64,000 nucleotides of DNA from Eledone cirrhosa (taxonomy: Eukaryota). Positions 46,043 to 59,071 of the stretch are shown here, in pieces. The translations under genes and the position numbers were made by a program. The notes under the pieces are model-generated. The model was not told the origin of the DNA, made no database searches, and saw only the letters and a list, made by a program, of their open reading frames with translations. Position 1 is the stretch's first letter; each line of letters starts with the position of its first letter. The stretch is from the NCBI GenBank assembly GCA_964016885.1, contig CAXHJY010001125.1, positions 62,001 to 126,000 on the forward strand, written 5' to 3'.

Positions 46043-46570
46043 CTCTCTCTCTATCTATCTATCTATCTCTCTATCTCTCACTATCTCTCTCGCTCTCTAT
46101 ATCTATCTATCTATCTCTCTCACTATCTCGGTCTCTATCTATCTATCTCTCACTATCTCTCTCGCTCTATCTCTCTATCTCTCTCTCTATATATATCTAT
46201 CTATCTATCTCTCTCACTATCTCGGTCTCTATCTATCTATCTCTCTATCTCTCTCGCTCTCTCTCTCTCTATCTATCTATCTCTCTCGCTCTCTCTCTAT
46301 CTCTCACTATCTCTCTCTCTCACTCTATCTATCTATCTCTCACTATCTCTCTCGCTCTCTCCATCTATCTATCTCTCTCTATCTCTCTATTTATCTCTCT
46401 TACATTCTCTCTCCCTCACGCTCGCTCTCTCTATCTCTATCGCTCTCTCCATCTATCTATCTCTCTCTATCTCTCTTACACTCTCTCTCTCTCGCTCCCT
46501 CACGCTCGCTCTCTCTATCTCTCTTGCTCTCTCTCACACAATCACCCACTCTCTCTCTCTCTCTCACTCC
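46043..46570. repeat. CT/TATC compound microsatellite
   Basis: Direct inspection. Confidence 0.9.
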
Positions 46571-46699
46571 CTTTAACTTTTGTTTCTCTCCAACCTTTTC
46601 TCTCTCTACCCTCTCAATCGCCCTTCTCTCCCTTCCCTCCTCTCTCTACCCACTATCTATCAATCTCCATATATATAAAGAATGCAAAACACCCTGCTG

Positions 46700-46755
<56 letters not shown>

Positions 46756-47147
46756 CACCAAAGTGTTTTGCATTCTTCATATTTATCTGTTCCTATTTCT
46801 GAGATCTCTCTTTCTACCATCCCTCTCTCCTTTAAACTTTTTTTACAAAACTTATCTCCACTTCTTTATCACCCCACCCCCACCCCCACCCCATCTCCCC
46901 CTCTTCCCCTCCCTCTATCAACCACTCTTCATCTCCTCCCCCCCTTACTTTCATCCTTTTCCACAACAAACCAGAAACATTCGGTACGTCTAACATTGCA
47001 TTTAATTTTCCCCTTAGGAATTTCTATCAACGAACTTCGACGCACTTTCTCATAAATTCCTCTGCTTTCCGAAGACAGCTCTCACTGGCAACTTTACACA
47101 ACTCCACCACTTGTCAAATCCATCCAGCCACTCACTCATCCATCCGT

Positions 47148-47704
47148 CCAGCCATCCATGGACCCTTAAGTCCTGAGTGGGGAATCGTAAGGTTACCATC
47201 TAGCCATCCATGGACCCTTAAATCCTGAGTGGTGAATCGTAGGGGTACCATCTAGCCATCCATGGACCCTTAAGTCCTGAGTGGGGAATCGTAAGGTTAC
47301 CATCTAGCCATCCATGGACCCTTAAATCCTGAGTGGTGAATCGTAGGGTTACCATCCAGCCATCCATGGACCCTTAAATCCTGAGTGGGGAATCGTAGGG
47401 TTACCATCCAGCCATCCATGGACCCTTAAATCCTGAGTGGGGAATCGTAGGGTTACCAACCAGCCATCCATGGACCCTTAAATCCTGAGTGGGGAATCGT
47501 AGGGTTACCATCCAGCCATCCATCGACCCTTAAGTCCTGAGGTAATCGTAAAGGTACCATCCAACCATCCATCGACCCTTAAGTCCTGAGGTAATCGTAA
47601 AGGTACCATCCAACCATCCATCGACCCTTAAGTCCTGAGGTAATCGTAAAGGTACAATCCAACCATCCATCGACCCTTAAGTCCTGGGTGGGGAATCATA
47701 GGGA
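47148..47704. repeat. 52-bp minisatellite (49-bp variant distally), about 11 units
   Basis: gccatccatggacccttaa.tcctgagtggggaatcgta.ggttaccatc at 47151, 47203, 47255 and onward. Confidence 0.95.
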
Positions 47705-48056
47705 TGCGAGGATAACTTCCTCATCGTCCTAAAGGTCACACGGGCCATGTTCTTCCTTCTCTAATAAAGCGACAAACCCCCGGAAAAACATGAACGTCAC
47801 AATTTTCCATTACATTTTATGTCTAATGAAAAAATTCCTACTTTGATGTTAAGGAATAACGGAACTGAAGTTATGTCCTTTATTAACACAAGGCGTGCCC
47901 TGAATTACTTCAGTATTTAGTCACTCCGTCATTTTAGATGTATATCCAACCAGAAAAGAAATTATTCCATTAAAGGAATGGAATTTAGGGAGAAAAACAT
48001 TGCATAAATTTCTGTGTAAATTAATTATTTTTTATAGATTATTATATGACCGCCAA

Positions 48057-48280
48057 GGGCGGTAGATTGGCGGTATCGGGGGAGAGTCGGGCGCCATGCT
48101 TTGCAGCATAGATTTACGGTCCTTTATGGTCTGAGTTCACATCCCGCCGAGGTTAACTTTGCCTTTCATCCTTACGGGGTCGATAAAATAAAGTACCAGT
48201 ACCGTACTGGAGTCGATTTAATCGACTTTCCCCTCCCTCCAAATTACTGGCCTTGTGCTTATACTAGAAATCATTATTAT
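48057..48280 (+). mobile_element. tRNA-derived SINE, long subtype
   Basis: Family consensus plus GTCGATTTAATCGAC segment; similar copy at 50862-51058. Confidence 0.88.
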
Positions 48281-48294
48281 ATGACCATCATTAG

Positions 48295-48768
48295 CTTTAT
48301 AGGTTTACTGTTAGCTAAAGTTGTCAGAAGACTTTATAGGTTTACTGTTAGCTAAAGTTGTCAGAAGACTTTATAGGTTTACTGTTAGCTAAAGTTGTCA
48401 GAAGACTTTATAGGTTTACTGTTAGCTAAAGTTGTCAGAAGACTTTATAGGTTTACTGTTAGCTAAAGTTGTCAGAAGACTTTATAGGTTTACTGTTAGC
48501 TAAAGTTGTCAGAAGACTTTATAGGTTTACTGTTAGCTAAAGTTGTCAGAAGACTTTATAGGTTTACTGTTAGCTAAAGTTGTCAGAAGACTTTATAGGT
48601 TTACTGTTAGCTAAAGTTGTCAGAAGACTTTATAGGTTTACTGTTAGCTAAAGTTGTCAGAAGACTTTATAGGTTTACTGTTAGCTAAAGTTGTCAGAAG
48701 ACTTTATAGGTTTACTGTTAGCTAAAGTTGTCAGAAGACTTTATAGGTTTACTGTTAGCTAAAGTTGT
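48295..48768. repeat. 37-bp minisatellite, about 12.8 identical copies
   Basis: ctttataggtttactgttagctaaagttgtcagaaga. Confidence 0.97.
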
Positions 48769-49290
48769 GATCCGTGCTCCGATTTATGCGAAACTTGTTT
48801 TATTCCATTTGTATCCCCATTTAAGGGTCAACTTCCTTCCAAAGTATTTTCCCATTATGCGCCCCTTTAGCTGTATTACATTACAGACAAGCAAGCAAGC
48901 AATCACAGAGTTTTAGTATATATAGATGTTGAACGACAGAAGAGCAGCCAGTGATTAGAAACAAGGCAGAAATCTAGACTAGAGGCTTTCCGCTGTTTGG
49001 TTTAGGGCTTCTCTTGAATTGAAATACTGCTAAGATCGTTTTTCCTTTCACAAGAGTCGATATTACGAGGGTCGGCTGGAAAAGTTTATAGGGTGACCAA
49101 GATACTCTCATGGAATGACCAAGAGTGTGCGATGGCTTCTGGCATCTATATCGCGGCAGGTGGTGGAAGAATCTAATCAAAGACCCACACAGGGTCCTCC
49201 ATCCAATATAGCTACTGTGCGCATTACCAGATTAGATTTCTGAGGCGCCTATCCCAAATCTTCGCCCAGATCAAAAGCTTGAGGACTTAC

Positions 49291-49292
<2 letters not shown>

Positions 49293-49332
<40 letters not shown>

Positions 49333-49602
49333 AGAGAAGAGAGAGAGTTGTGTGTGTGCGTGTGTGTGTGTGAGTGAGTGTATGTGAGTGTGTGAGAGTG
49401 TGTGTGTGAGCATGTGTGTGTGAGAGAGAGAGAATGTGTGTGAGCATGTGTGTGTGAGAGAGAGAGAATGTGTGTGCGTGTGTATATGTGTGAGAGAGAG
49501 AGAGTGTGTGTGCGTGTGTATATGTGTGAGAGAGAGAGTGTGTGTGTGCGTGTGTATATGTGTGAGAGAGAGAGAGTGTGTGTGCGTGTGTATATGTGTG
49601 AG

Positions 49603-49692
<90 letters not shown>

Positions 49693-49912
49693 TGTGTGTG
49701 AGGGTGTGTGCGAGTGTATGTGCGTGTGTGTGTGTGTGTGTGAGAGAGAGAGTGTGTGTGAGGGTGTGTGCGAGTGTATGTGTGTGTGTGTGTATGTGAG
49801 TGTGTCTGTATGTGAGAGAGAGAGTGTATGTGTAAGTGTATGTGTGTGTGAGTGTGTGTGAGTGTGTGTATGTGAGAGAGAGAGTGTGTGTACGTGTGTG
49901 TGTGTGAGTGTA
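49293..49912. repeat. GA/GT compound microsatellite
   Basis: Direct inspection. Confidence 0.95.
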
Positions 49913-50171
49913 ACAGTATATTATGTCATACATATGTCAATGAAAACAACCTTCTCCATCTGGTGAGAATTGTTGGTACCAGATCTAAACAAAGCTGTAA
50001 TATCTCTATCACCAAGAGACTTCCCTGATTTAACTGTCCATGCCAATTCCAATATCAGAAATCGATACACGACATCAATAATTAGGCTGAATAAAAGCCT
50101 GTCTGACTCAAACGATTGCGAACCGAACTAAATGACTTGTGTCAATGATTGAGATAAGACATGGTGGAACA

Positions 50172-50660
50172 ATGAGGTTCATCCGAAGGGTCTTTGGTGT
50201 AATGTTACTCGATAGAGTGCGTAGCTCGGAGATCAGAAAGTTACTCCAGGTAGAGCCGCTACTTCCCTGAATTGAGAGATGTCAGCTCCGATACTATGGA
50301 CATGTGGTTAGAATGTCTCAGGAAAGAATCGCTGGACAGATTTATAGCTCAGAGATCAGAGAGACAGTCCAGGTAGAGCCCCTACTTCCCTGAATTGAGA
50401 GATGTCAGCTCCAATACTATGGACATGTGGTTAGAATGTCTCAGGAAAGAATCGCTGGACAGATTTTACGGACAAAACCAACTGGTAGGAGACCCAAGGG
50501 TAGATCCCGAGCAAGATGGTTGGATAACATCTTTGAGTTTGGCTTGTCTTGCTTGGGGATCCAGCTGGATCGATTGGAGGTGGTTGCTTCTGACAGGACC
50601 GGTTGAGGGCTCTGCCCCCCACGACCTTCTCAAGAATAAGTGGGCGAAAAAGAGAAATAG
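50172..50660 (+). mobile_element. 3' fragment of an RTE (Expander/Rex3-like) LINE with a 123-bp internal tandem duplication
   Basis: MRFIRRVFGVMLLDRVRSSEIRKLLQVEPLL, QLRYYGHVVRM, PTGRRPKGRSRARWLDNI; duplicate starts at 50223 and 50346. Confidence 0.8.
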
Positions 50661-51183
50661 GTTACCGCCTACTTATAATAACTAATGACTTATAATAACT
50701 CCATCCTGTTTGGGTTGTAACATAACATGCAATATATTGAGAAAATCGAACTGCTCAAATCGAATATATTTTGTTTTCTGTAATAATTTAGCTTATATAT
50801 CGGATTGGCGCAATCTTTCAGCCAACTAGGAGTTCTCGATATATTCAAGTATAACATTATAGATTGGTAGAGTCGATAGAGAGTTCGCACAATATGCTTT
50901 GTGGCATAGAGTTACAGCCCTTTACGCCCTGGGTTCAAATCCTGCCGAGGTTAGCTTTGCCTTTCGTCTTTACGGGGGTCCATAAAATAAAGTACCAGTA
51001 ATGCACTGGGGTTGATTTGATCGGCTTTCCCCTCCCCTAAAACTGTTGGCCTTGGAAACCCTTATAGAAAGTTTCTAAGTTTGTAGAAGAAAGAGAATGA
51101 GGAAGAGAGAGAGAGAGAGTGTGTGTGTGTGTGTGTGTGTGTGTGGTAGCGAGAGAGAGAGTGTGTTGGGGGAGGGGGTAGAG

Positions 51184-51215
<32 letters not shown>

Positions 51216-51515
51216 GTGGGTGGTGTGTGGTGTGTGTGTGTGTGTGGTAGCGAGAGAGAGGAGGGGAGGAGAAAGTGTATTGTTACTTACAATGGTGGGG
51301 GGAAGTGAGAGGAAGTTGTTGTGTAGAGTTGTTTTGTTCGTCAACCACTGGGTAGGTATGCTGGGTTCCCTTAATAAGAAGAAGGGGGAGCTAGAACGAA
51401 GGGATAATGAGGGCAAAACATTTTATCGTAGCACCCACCACCTACTAACCATTATAATATATCTAAACACCCACCACCACTACCACCCACCTCCACCACC
51501 ACCACCATCAACACT

Positions 51516-51546
<31 letters not shown>

Positions 51547-52022
51547 CCACCACCCACCACTACCACCACCACCCACCACCAGCACCACTACCACCAACAC
51601 CACCACCACCAGAGACATACATCTTACAACTGACTTCTCAAAATATGTGCTTCTTACCCAACATAAAAAAGAAAACTGAACATTTTTGAAAGTAAGTTAC
51701 ACACAGCCATACATGGACATCTTAGCTGTTTACATACATTTCATTGAGTTTTGCACGTACATACACACTCGCATACACACCTACACACACGCATACACAT
51801 GTACAAACACACACACATATACACGCTTACACAGTCACATGCACAAAACATACAACATGCATGAAATACAACATTGTACTTATGCACATGTGTTGTGTAT
51901 GCGTATAATGCGTATAACGTGTGTATATACTGCAGTACGATATAATATGTATACACAATATTATGTTTATCAAAATAAAGAGAAACCCGTTCAGGTTATT
52001 ATCCTAAATTTCACTTCACCTA

Positions 52023-52814
52023 CATTAACCCTTTCATTACCATATTTCTAATGAAAGACACTGTCTATGTCATTAACCCTTTCATTACCATATTTCTAAA
52101 GAAAGACACTGTCTATGTCATTAACCCTTTCATTACCATATTTCTAATGAAAGACACTGTCAATGTCATTAACCCTTTCATTACCATATTTCTAATGAAA
52201 GACACTGTCTATGTCATTAACCCTTTCATTACCATATTTCTAATGAAAGACACTGTCTATGTCATTAACCCTTTCATTACCATATTTCTAATGAAGGACA
52301 CTGTCTATGTCATTAACCCTTTCATTACCATATTTCTAATGAAAGACACTGTCTATGTCATTAACCCTTTCATTACCATATTTCTAATGAAAGACACTGT
52401 CTATGTCATTAACCCTTTCATTACCATATTTCTAATGAAAGACACTGTCAATGTCATTAACTCTTTCATTACCATATTTCTAATGAAAGACACTGTCTAT
52501 GTCATTAACCCTTTCATTACCATATTTCTAATGAAAGACACTGTCAATGTCATTAACCCTTTCATTACCATATTTCTAGTGAAAGACACTGTCTATGTCA
52601 TTAACCCTTTCATTACCATATTTCTAATGAAAGACACTGCCTATGTCTTTAACCCTTTCATTACCATATTTCTAATGAAAGACACTGTCTCTGTCATTAA
52701 CCCTTTCATTACCATATTTCTAATGAAAGACACTGTCTATATCATTAACCCTTTCATTACCATATTTCTAATGACAGACACTGTCTATGTCATTAACCCT
52801 TTCATTACCATATT
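52023..52814. repeat. 48-bp minisatellite, about 16.5 copies, each containing TTAACCCTTT
   Basis: cattaaccctttcattaccatatttctaatgaaagacactgtctatgt, period 48. Confidence 0.97.
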
Positions 52815-53331
52815 GCAGAAATAGGGACAGTCTCAATTGGTTTGGCATTAAAGGAGTTACATAATCCACTGCCCTAATAGGGTAATAAGTATCACAACCT
52901 CTCATACCTCTTCTCTATAAAGCTCCCCACTTTATAGGCCTCTGCCTTAATATGGTATTAAGTATCACAACCTCTCATACCTCTTCCCTATAAAGCTCCC
53001 CATTTCATTTATATGTAATCAATTTATTATCAACAGAAATGAAAGCGGCAACAATTACTACACTACAAATTAATAAATTAATGTAGTTTTACTGTCAAAT
53101 GAGATTAAAGTATCTTAAACCCTGAAAGAAAAATATAATTCTCTGACTTGAAATCTAATTAAGTTGATACTTTTCTTTCTTTACTGTTTTTTTCTTTTTT
53201 ACTGTTTAGTCAGGTGGTAGGGAAATCAGTGCCCATGGCCCAATTCATGGCAGCGAGGCTTGTAAGGGAGTGGGGTTGATCCCATACAGAAGACTTGCCC
53301 TGAATGCTTGCAACAGTGTGGGCTCCGTTAA

Positions 53332-53539
53332 CCGTTTAGCATTTACATTACTTTATATTTACTGTTGTATTTTTTAGGTAAAGGCTTTATCTCACATAAT
53401 ATTGAATCTATGAGATTTTGATGTTATTTATTTTGAGAACAATACCTTAACATCAGTATGAGTGGCCAGTTACAGCTGGTGTGAACAGAAAAAGGTGAGA
53501 GAGTTCTGGCCGGATATGGCTGGTTTAAATTCTAAAGGG
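53332..53539. mobile_element. piggyBac-like MITE (second copy)
   Basis: TTAA|CCGTTTAGCATTT ... AAATTCTAAAGGG|TTAA; interior homologous to 2368-2544. Confidence 0.78.
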
Positions 53540-53849
53540 TTAAAGACACCTGATGCCCAAACGATGGATTAAGTCTACATCTCAAACTACTTCAGATCTC
53601 AGAAGACAAAAACCTAAAGAAAAAAAACAAACCCGCAAGACATTTCTTCCGTCATTCTAAACATAACTGGATAAATAGATAGATGGGTGGATGGTAGGGT
53701 GGTTGGTTGGGTGAATGGTAGGGTGGTTGGTTGGGTGGTTGGTTAGATAGATGGATGGCCGGGTGGGTGGTTGGGTGGATGGTAGGGTGGTTGGATGGTT
53801 GGTTGATTATATGGGTGAATGGGTGTGTGGATGGTGGGCGTATGGTTGG

Positions 53850-54478
53850 ATGGTTAGATAGATGGTCAGATAGATGGTCTGACAGATGGTTAGACAGATG
53901 GTCAGACAGATGGTTAGACAGATGGTCTGACAGATGGTTAGACAGATGGTCAGACAGATGGTTAGACAGATGGTCAGACAGATGGTTAGACAGATGGTCA
54001 GACAGATGGTCTGATAGATGGTCTGACAGATGGTCAGACAGATGGTCTGATAGATGGTCTGATAGATGGTCTGATAGATGGTCTGATAGATGGTCTGATA
54101 GATGGTCTGATAGATGGTTAGATAGATGGTCTGACAGATGGTCTGATAGATGGTTAGATAGATGGTCTGACAGATGGTCTGATAGATGGTCTGATAGATG
54201 GTTAGACAGATGGTCTGACAGATGGTCTGATAGATGGTCTGATAGATGGTCTGATAGATGGTCTGATAGATGGTCTGACAGATGGTCTGATAGATGGTCT
54301 GATAGATGGTCTGATAGATGGTCTGATAGATGGTTAGATAGATGGTCTGACAGATGGTCTGATAGATGGTCTGATAGATGGTTAGACAGATGGTCTGACA
54401 GATGGTTAGACATGGTTAGACAGATGGTTAGACAGATGGTCTGATAGATGGTTAGACAGATGGTCTGACAGATGGTTG
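53850..54478. repeat. 12-bp minisatellite, about 52 copies
   Basis: GA(T/C)AGATGGT(CT/TA/CA). Confidence 0.96.
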
Positions 54479-55352
54479 GAATGTGGAACAGCGGGAACTG
54501 GAAGAATACTTTCAGAATTGAAAATATAAACATTTTTGCAGATTAGATAAATATGAATCTGGACGGAAGATGAAAGATGGTGGGGATGGGTGGGGTGTTG
54601 GGTGGTGGGGTGGATGTTGATGGCGGGGGCGGGGTGTTGGATGATGGGGGCGGGGTGGGGTGTTGGGTGATGGGGGCGGGGTGGGGTGTTGGATGATGGG
54701 GGCGGGGTGGGGTGTCGGATGGTGGGACGGTGTTGGATGATGGGTGGGGTGTTGGTAGTGGGGTGGGTTGGGTGTTGGTATGGGGGAGGGCTGGGGTGGG
54801 GGATGGGGGGAGTGAGTGTTGGGGGCTGTTGAGATGGGGGTGGGGTGTTGAGTGTTGAATGATGGCGTGGGGGTGTTGGGGTGTTAGAGTGTGTGTAGGG
54901 GGGTGATGTAAAGAAAATATTCGTTTCATACATCTTATCTTCTCCTTTTTATCATTTGAACAATATTTGTTTTAGATTCACACAAAAGATTGGCTCTGAT
55001 GACATATTTTTCTCTCTCTCTCTTCCTCCCTCTCTCTCTCTCACACACACACTCTCTCTTCCTCACTCTCTCTCTCACACACACTCTCTCTACTGCCTTT
55101 CATCCTCTACCGCTTCTCTTTCAGCTGCCTCTCCTCCTACCCCCTCGGCTCCTACACCATCCCCTCCTCTTCTACCCCCCCATCTCTCCTCCTACACCCC
55201 CCACTCTCCTCCTACCTTCACTTCTGTAACCCCTCACTCTGTTTACCTGCCAACTGTCAGAGCTAGTGAAAATATATATTTTCTGGAATATTCAGTGACT
55301 GATCGGCCTCATTTGCATATAGGCAGACTGCTAATTATTATTATTGGTTGAA

Positions 55353-55878
55353 AGGGCGGTGGATTGGCAGTATCGGTAGAGGGTCGGACGCCATGCGTTG
55401 ACGCATAGAGTTACCTCCCTTTATGATCTGAGTTCAAATCCCGCCGAGGTTAACTTTGCCTTTCATCCTTACGGGGGTCGATAAAATAAAGTACCAGTAA
55501 TACACTGGGATAATTGCTGGCCTTGTGCCAAAAGTAGAAACAATTATTATTGGCTGATTGGCAATATCGGTAGAGGGTCGGACACCATGCTTTGCGGACT
55601 GAGTTCAAATCCTGCTGGGGTTAACTTTGCCTTTCATCCTTATGGGGGTCGATAAAATAAAGTACCAGTAATGTACTGGAGTCGATTTAATCGACTTTCC
55701 CCTCCCCAAAAATTGCTGGCCTTGTTCCTATATAAGAAACCATTATTATTATTATTATTATTATAGGATGAAGGCAGAGTTAACTTTGCTATTCATCCTT
55801 ACGGGCTCGATAAAATAAAGTACCAGTAATGCACTTGGGTAATTGCTGGCCTTGCGCCAAAAGTAGAAACCATTGTTA
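55353..55878 (+). mobile_element. Three tandem tRNA-SINE copies
   Basis: About 55353-55550, 55556-55763 and 55778-55878, each inserted at the (ATT)n tail of the previous one. Further copies at 56342-56540 and 57116-57308. Confidence 0.88.
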
Positions 55879-56540
55879 TTTCTATATGTTATTTTTGTCG
55901 TTGTATAAACCAGGAAAGACATGTCCTTATCTTCCGAGTGTTATCACTTCAGCATTGAAGTAGTTCAATGGCTGTCATAATACAGACTTGTAACAGAGAA
56001 CAATAGTTTCTTAGTCGTATTTCGCTCTGTTGGTCGGACATATGATGTCCTGGTGGTCAGGGTGGCCTTTTGTGTGCTTTTCGACACGAGTAACCCTCGG
56101 AGGTTTCCCTCCTATTGGGGAATTTTTCATTGTTTCAATTTTCATTTTTATTGTTTATATATATGTTTCTATGTCTTTTTTTCTATTCTTATATAAATAA
56201 TAAAAATCTTTACACGCACAAAACCCACATCGTACCGTCCTGTACCGTCTGTAATGTTTTTCTCGATGTCAGCCCTTGTGGCCAATAAAGAAATCATTAT
56301 TATTATTATTATTATTATTATAGAAACAATTATTATTATAAGGGCGGTGGATTGGCAGTATCGGTAGAGGGCCGGACGCCATGTTTTGCAGCATAGAGTT
56401 ACGGCCCTTTATGATCTGAGTTCACATCCCGCCGAGGTTAACTTTGCCTTTCATCCTTACGGGGTCGATAAAATAAAGTACCAGTAATGTACTGGGGTCG
56501 ATTTAATTGACTCCCCCCGCCCCTCAAAAAAAATTGCTGC

Positions 56541-56956
56541 ATATGTGACCCATGTGGCCCTCAGACAACACATATGTGACCCATGTGTGACCCTCAGACA
56601 ACACTTATGTGACCCATGTGTGGCCCTCAGACAACACTTATGTGACCCATGTGTGGCCCTCAGACAACACATATGTGACCCATGTGTGACCCTCAGACAA
56701 CACTTATGTGACCCATGTGTGACCCTCAGACAACACATATGTGACCCATGTGTGGCCCTCAGACAACACATATGTGACCCATGTGTGACCCTCAGACAAC
56801 ACTTATGTGACCCATGTGTGACCCTCAGACAACACTTATGTGACCCATGTGTGGCCCTCAGACAACACATATGTGACCCATTTGTGGTCCTCAGACAACA
56901 CATATGTGACCCATGTGTGGCCCTCGGACAACACATATGTGACCCATGTGGCCCTC
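56541..56956. repeat. 33-bp minisatellite, about 12.5 copies, next to a hAT-like terminus at 56983
   Basis: atatgtgacccatgtgtggccctcagacaacac, followed by AGTTTGACATGCCTG|ccctagag. Confidence 0.93.
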
Positions 56957-57520
56957 GGGAGGACTCTCAGTTTGACATGCCTGCCCTAGAGAAATATGGG
57001 CCCCACCAGGCTTTTAAATGCCCAGGAAACGCCCCCGTGTGCCACTCCGGTGCCCCTACAACTCCAGCAAAGGCTATCATTTTAATCTACATTATATTAA
57101 TCTTATTATCTTTAATGGCGGTGGATTGGCAGTATCGGTAGAGGGTCGGACGCCATGCTTTCCAGCATAATTACGTCCCTTTACGATCTGAGTTCAAATC
57201 CCGCCGAGGTTGACTTTGCCTTTCATCCTTACGGGGTCGATAAAATAAAGTACCAGTAATACACTGGGTAATTGCTGGCCTTGTGCCTAAAGTAGAAACA
57301 ATTATTATCTTTAAGAGGAAGCTAATTGAATAAATCAAAATACTTCTTGATCTTATATTATCATCATCTTCCTAAACTTCCTCTAATGTTGAATAAATCC
57401 GAACGAGACTTCTCACGTTTCAATTTCAAAAGAATTAATTACACACTCCATAAATCTCAGTATTTCTTTCTATTGAGACCAACAAGAAATACAACACTCC
57501 TTTACCTACATGTATGTTTA

Positions 57521-57960
57521 CTGGAAGAAAGGTTGGCTGGTAGTGAGAAGCAGAGGCCGGCAGCCAAAACGATGGCTTGATAATGTCAACCTATGGACTG
57601 GTCTAGATCTTTGCTCTTTAAACTCTGCTGTTGATGATCAAAAGGTATTATATATTCCTGGAAGGAAGGTTGGCTGTTAAGAGAAGCAGAGGCCGGCAGC
57701 CAAAACGATGGCTTGATAATGTCAACCTATGGACTGGTCTAGATCTTTGCTCTTTAAACTCTGCTGCTGGTGATCAAAAGGTATTATATATTCCTGGAAG
57801 GAAGGTTGGCTGGTAGAGAGAAGCAGAGGCCGGCAGCCAAAACGATGGCTTGATAATATCAATTTATGAACTGGACTTGATCTTTGCTCTTTAAACTCTC
57901 CTGTTGGTGATCGAACTTTGTGGAGAAAAATATCTCATGTTGATGCGCAGTCTGCGGAGT
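57521..57960 (+). mobile_element. RTE-like LINE 3' end, triplicated in tandem (136-137 bp)
   Basis: LEGRLA..RSRGRQPKRWLDNVNLWTG at 57521, 57658 and 57794. Confidence 0.75.
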
Positions 57961-59071
57961 TTAGCATCTGGATAATACATCTACTTCATCCTTTAACAGT
58001 TGGTTCCTATGCCACAGTTCTCGTTTTATCCCTCAGTCCGGATATCAACAGGATTCTGTTGTTTTTGCCAACAAGAACATAAAAATATGTAAGTGAATAT
58101 ATATTGAAACACCGACCTTTTCTAGGTGAACAAACGACAAAACCTTTACAAAATGTTCTCTAAACAAACTTTAGAACGTTCTGGAACGTACATACTGTCA
58201 TACTCTGATTGGACAATAGTAGATTCGCCCAATGGGTGTTACGTGTCACCCTAGTTTCCACCAATCCATATCGAAATGACTTCTACAAGACTAGAACCGT
58301 TTCGTTCATATGATATTCATCATTCCAGGGCACCGTGTAATGAGATCGTATCCAGAACTACTTAGTTTTCAAAGTGAACTTCGTAACCACGAGGCCATAT
58401 TTGAGTCCTTTGTCCACATCTTGAATAACTTTTAAAATGTCAGGAGAGCAAATAATAACAAATATATATACATTTTCCTATATATAAAATACTTTTTATT
58501 TGATGGTTAAAACAGTTTCCTGGTTCTGTGGTTAATCATAACCATGAAATGTTTCTGTCTAACTATATATCCCATGCTGTGTCATAATCCTTCTCCGTAC
58601 TTCTCTGTTGGTCGATTTAATTTCACACAGTTTTAACGAAGCGTGACCGTAATATTTTAGAGGAGAGAGTGGCTTAGCATATTGTATCAAATATGTAAGG
58701 AAACCGTTTTTAAATAGGTTGACGGTAAAGAGAGCAGAACTAGTAAAAAAAAAAACGTCTGGACGTATAAGAACAGATCAATCAAAGATAATTCTAGTAT
58801 TACATGATATATCGTGCGATACTATATCATGGTATAACATGATATAGTATTACATGATATGGTATAACAAGATATAACTATATGTTATACCACGATATAT
58901 TGTGTAATACTATATCATGGTATAACCTGATATGGTTGATCCGAAGCTGTGATAAAGAAACTTGTCCAAGATACCACGTACAGGGATCGAACCCGGAACC
59001 TCATGACTGCCAAGTGTACATCTTAAGTACTCGGCCACGCCTGTGACCACGGTGATAAGATTTTACTAAGT

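Noticed and set aside
49064-49122. Mariner-like terminus TACGAGGGTCGGCTGGAAAAGTT
   Set aside because: No matching second TIR found; too short to annotate.
52051-52824. 257-aa ORF of 16-aa repeats
   Set aside because: Consequence of a stop-free 48-bp unit that appears transposon-derived.
53652-54533. SDHL / DRWS repeat ORFs
   Set aside because: 12-bp minisatellite open on both strands; no evidence of an exon.
55353-55445. tRNA genes at SINE heads
   Set aside because: A and B boxes are present but there is no cloverleaf, and the sequence continues into the SINE core and tail.
56457-57141. Cys-rich metallothionein-like repeat ORFs
   Set aside because: 33-bp minisatellite lying between SINE and MITE sequence, open on both strands.
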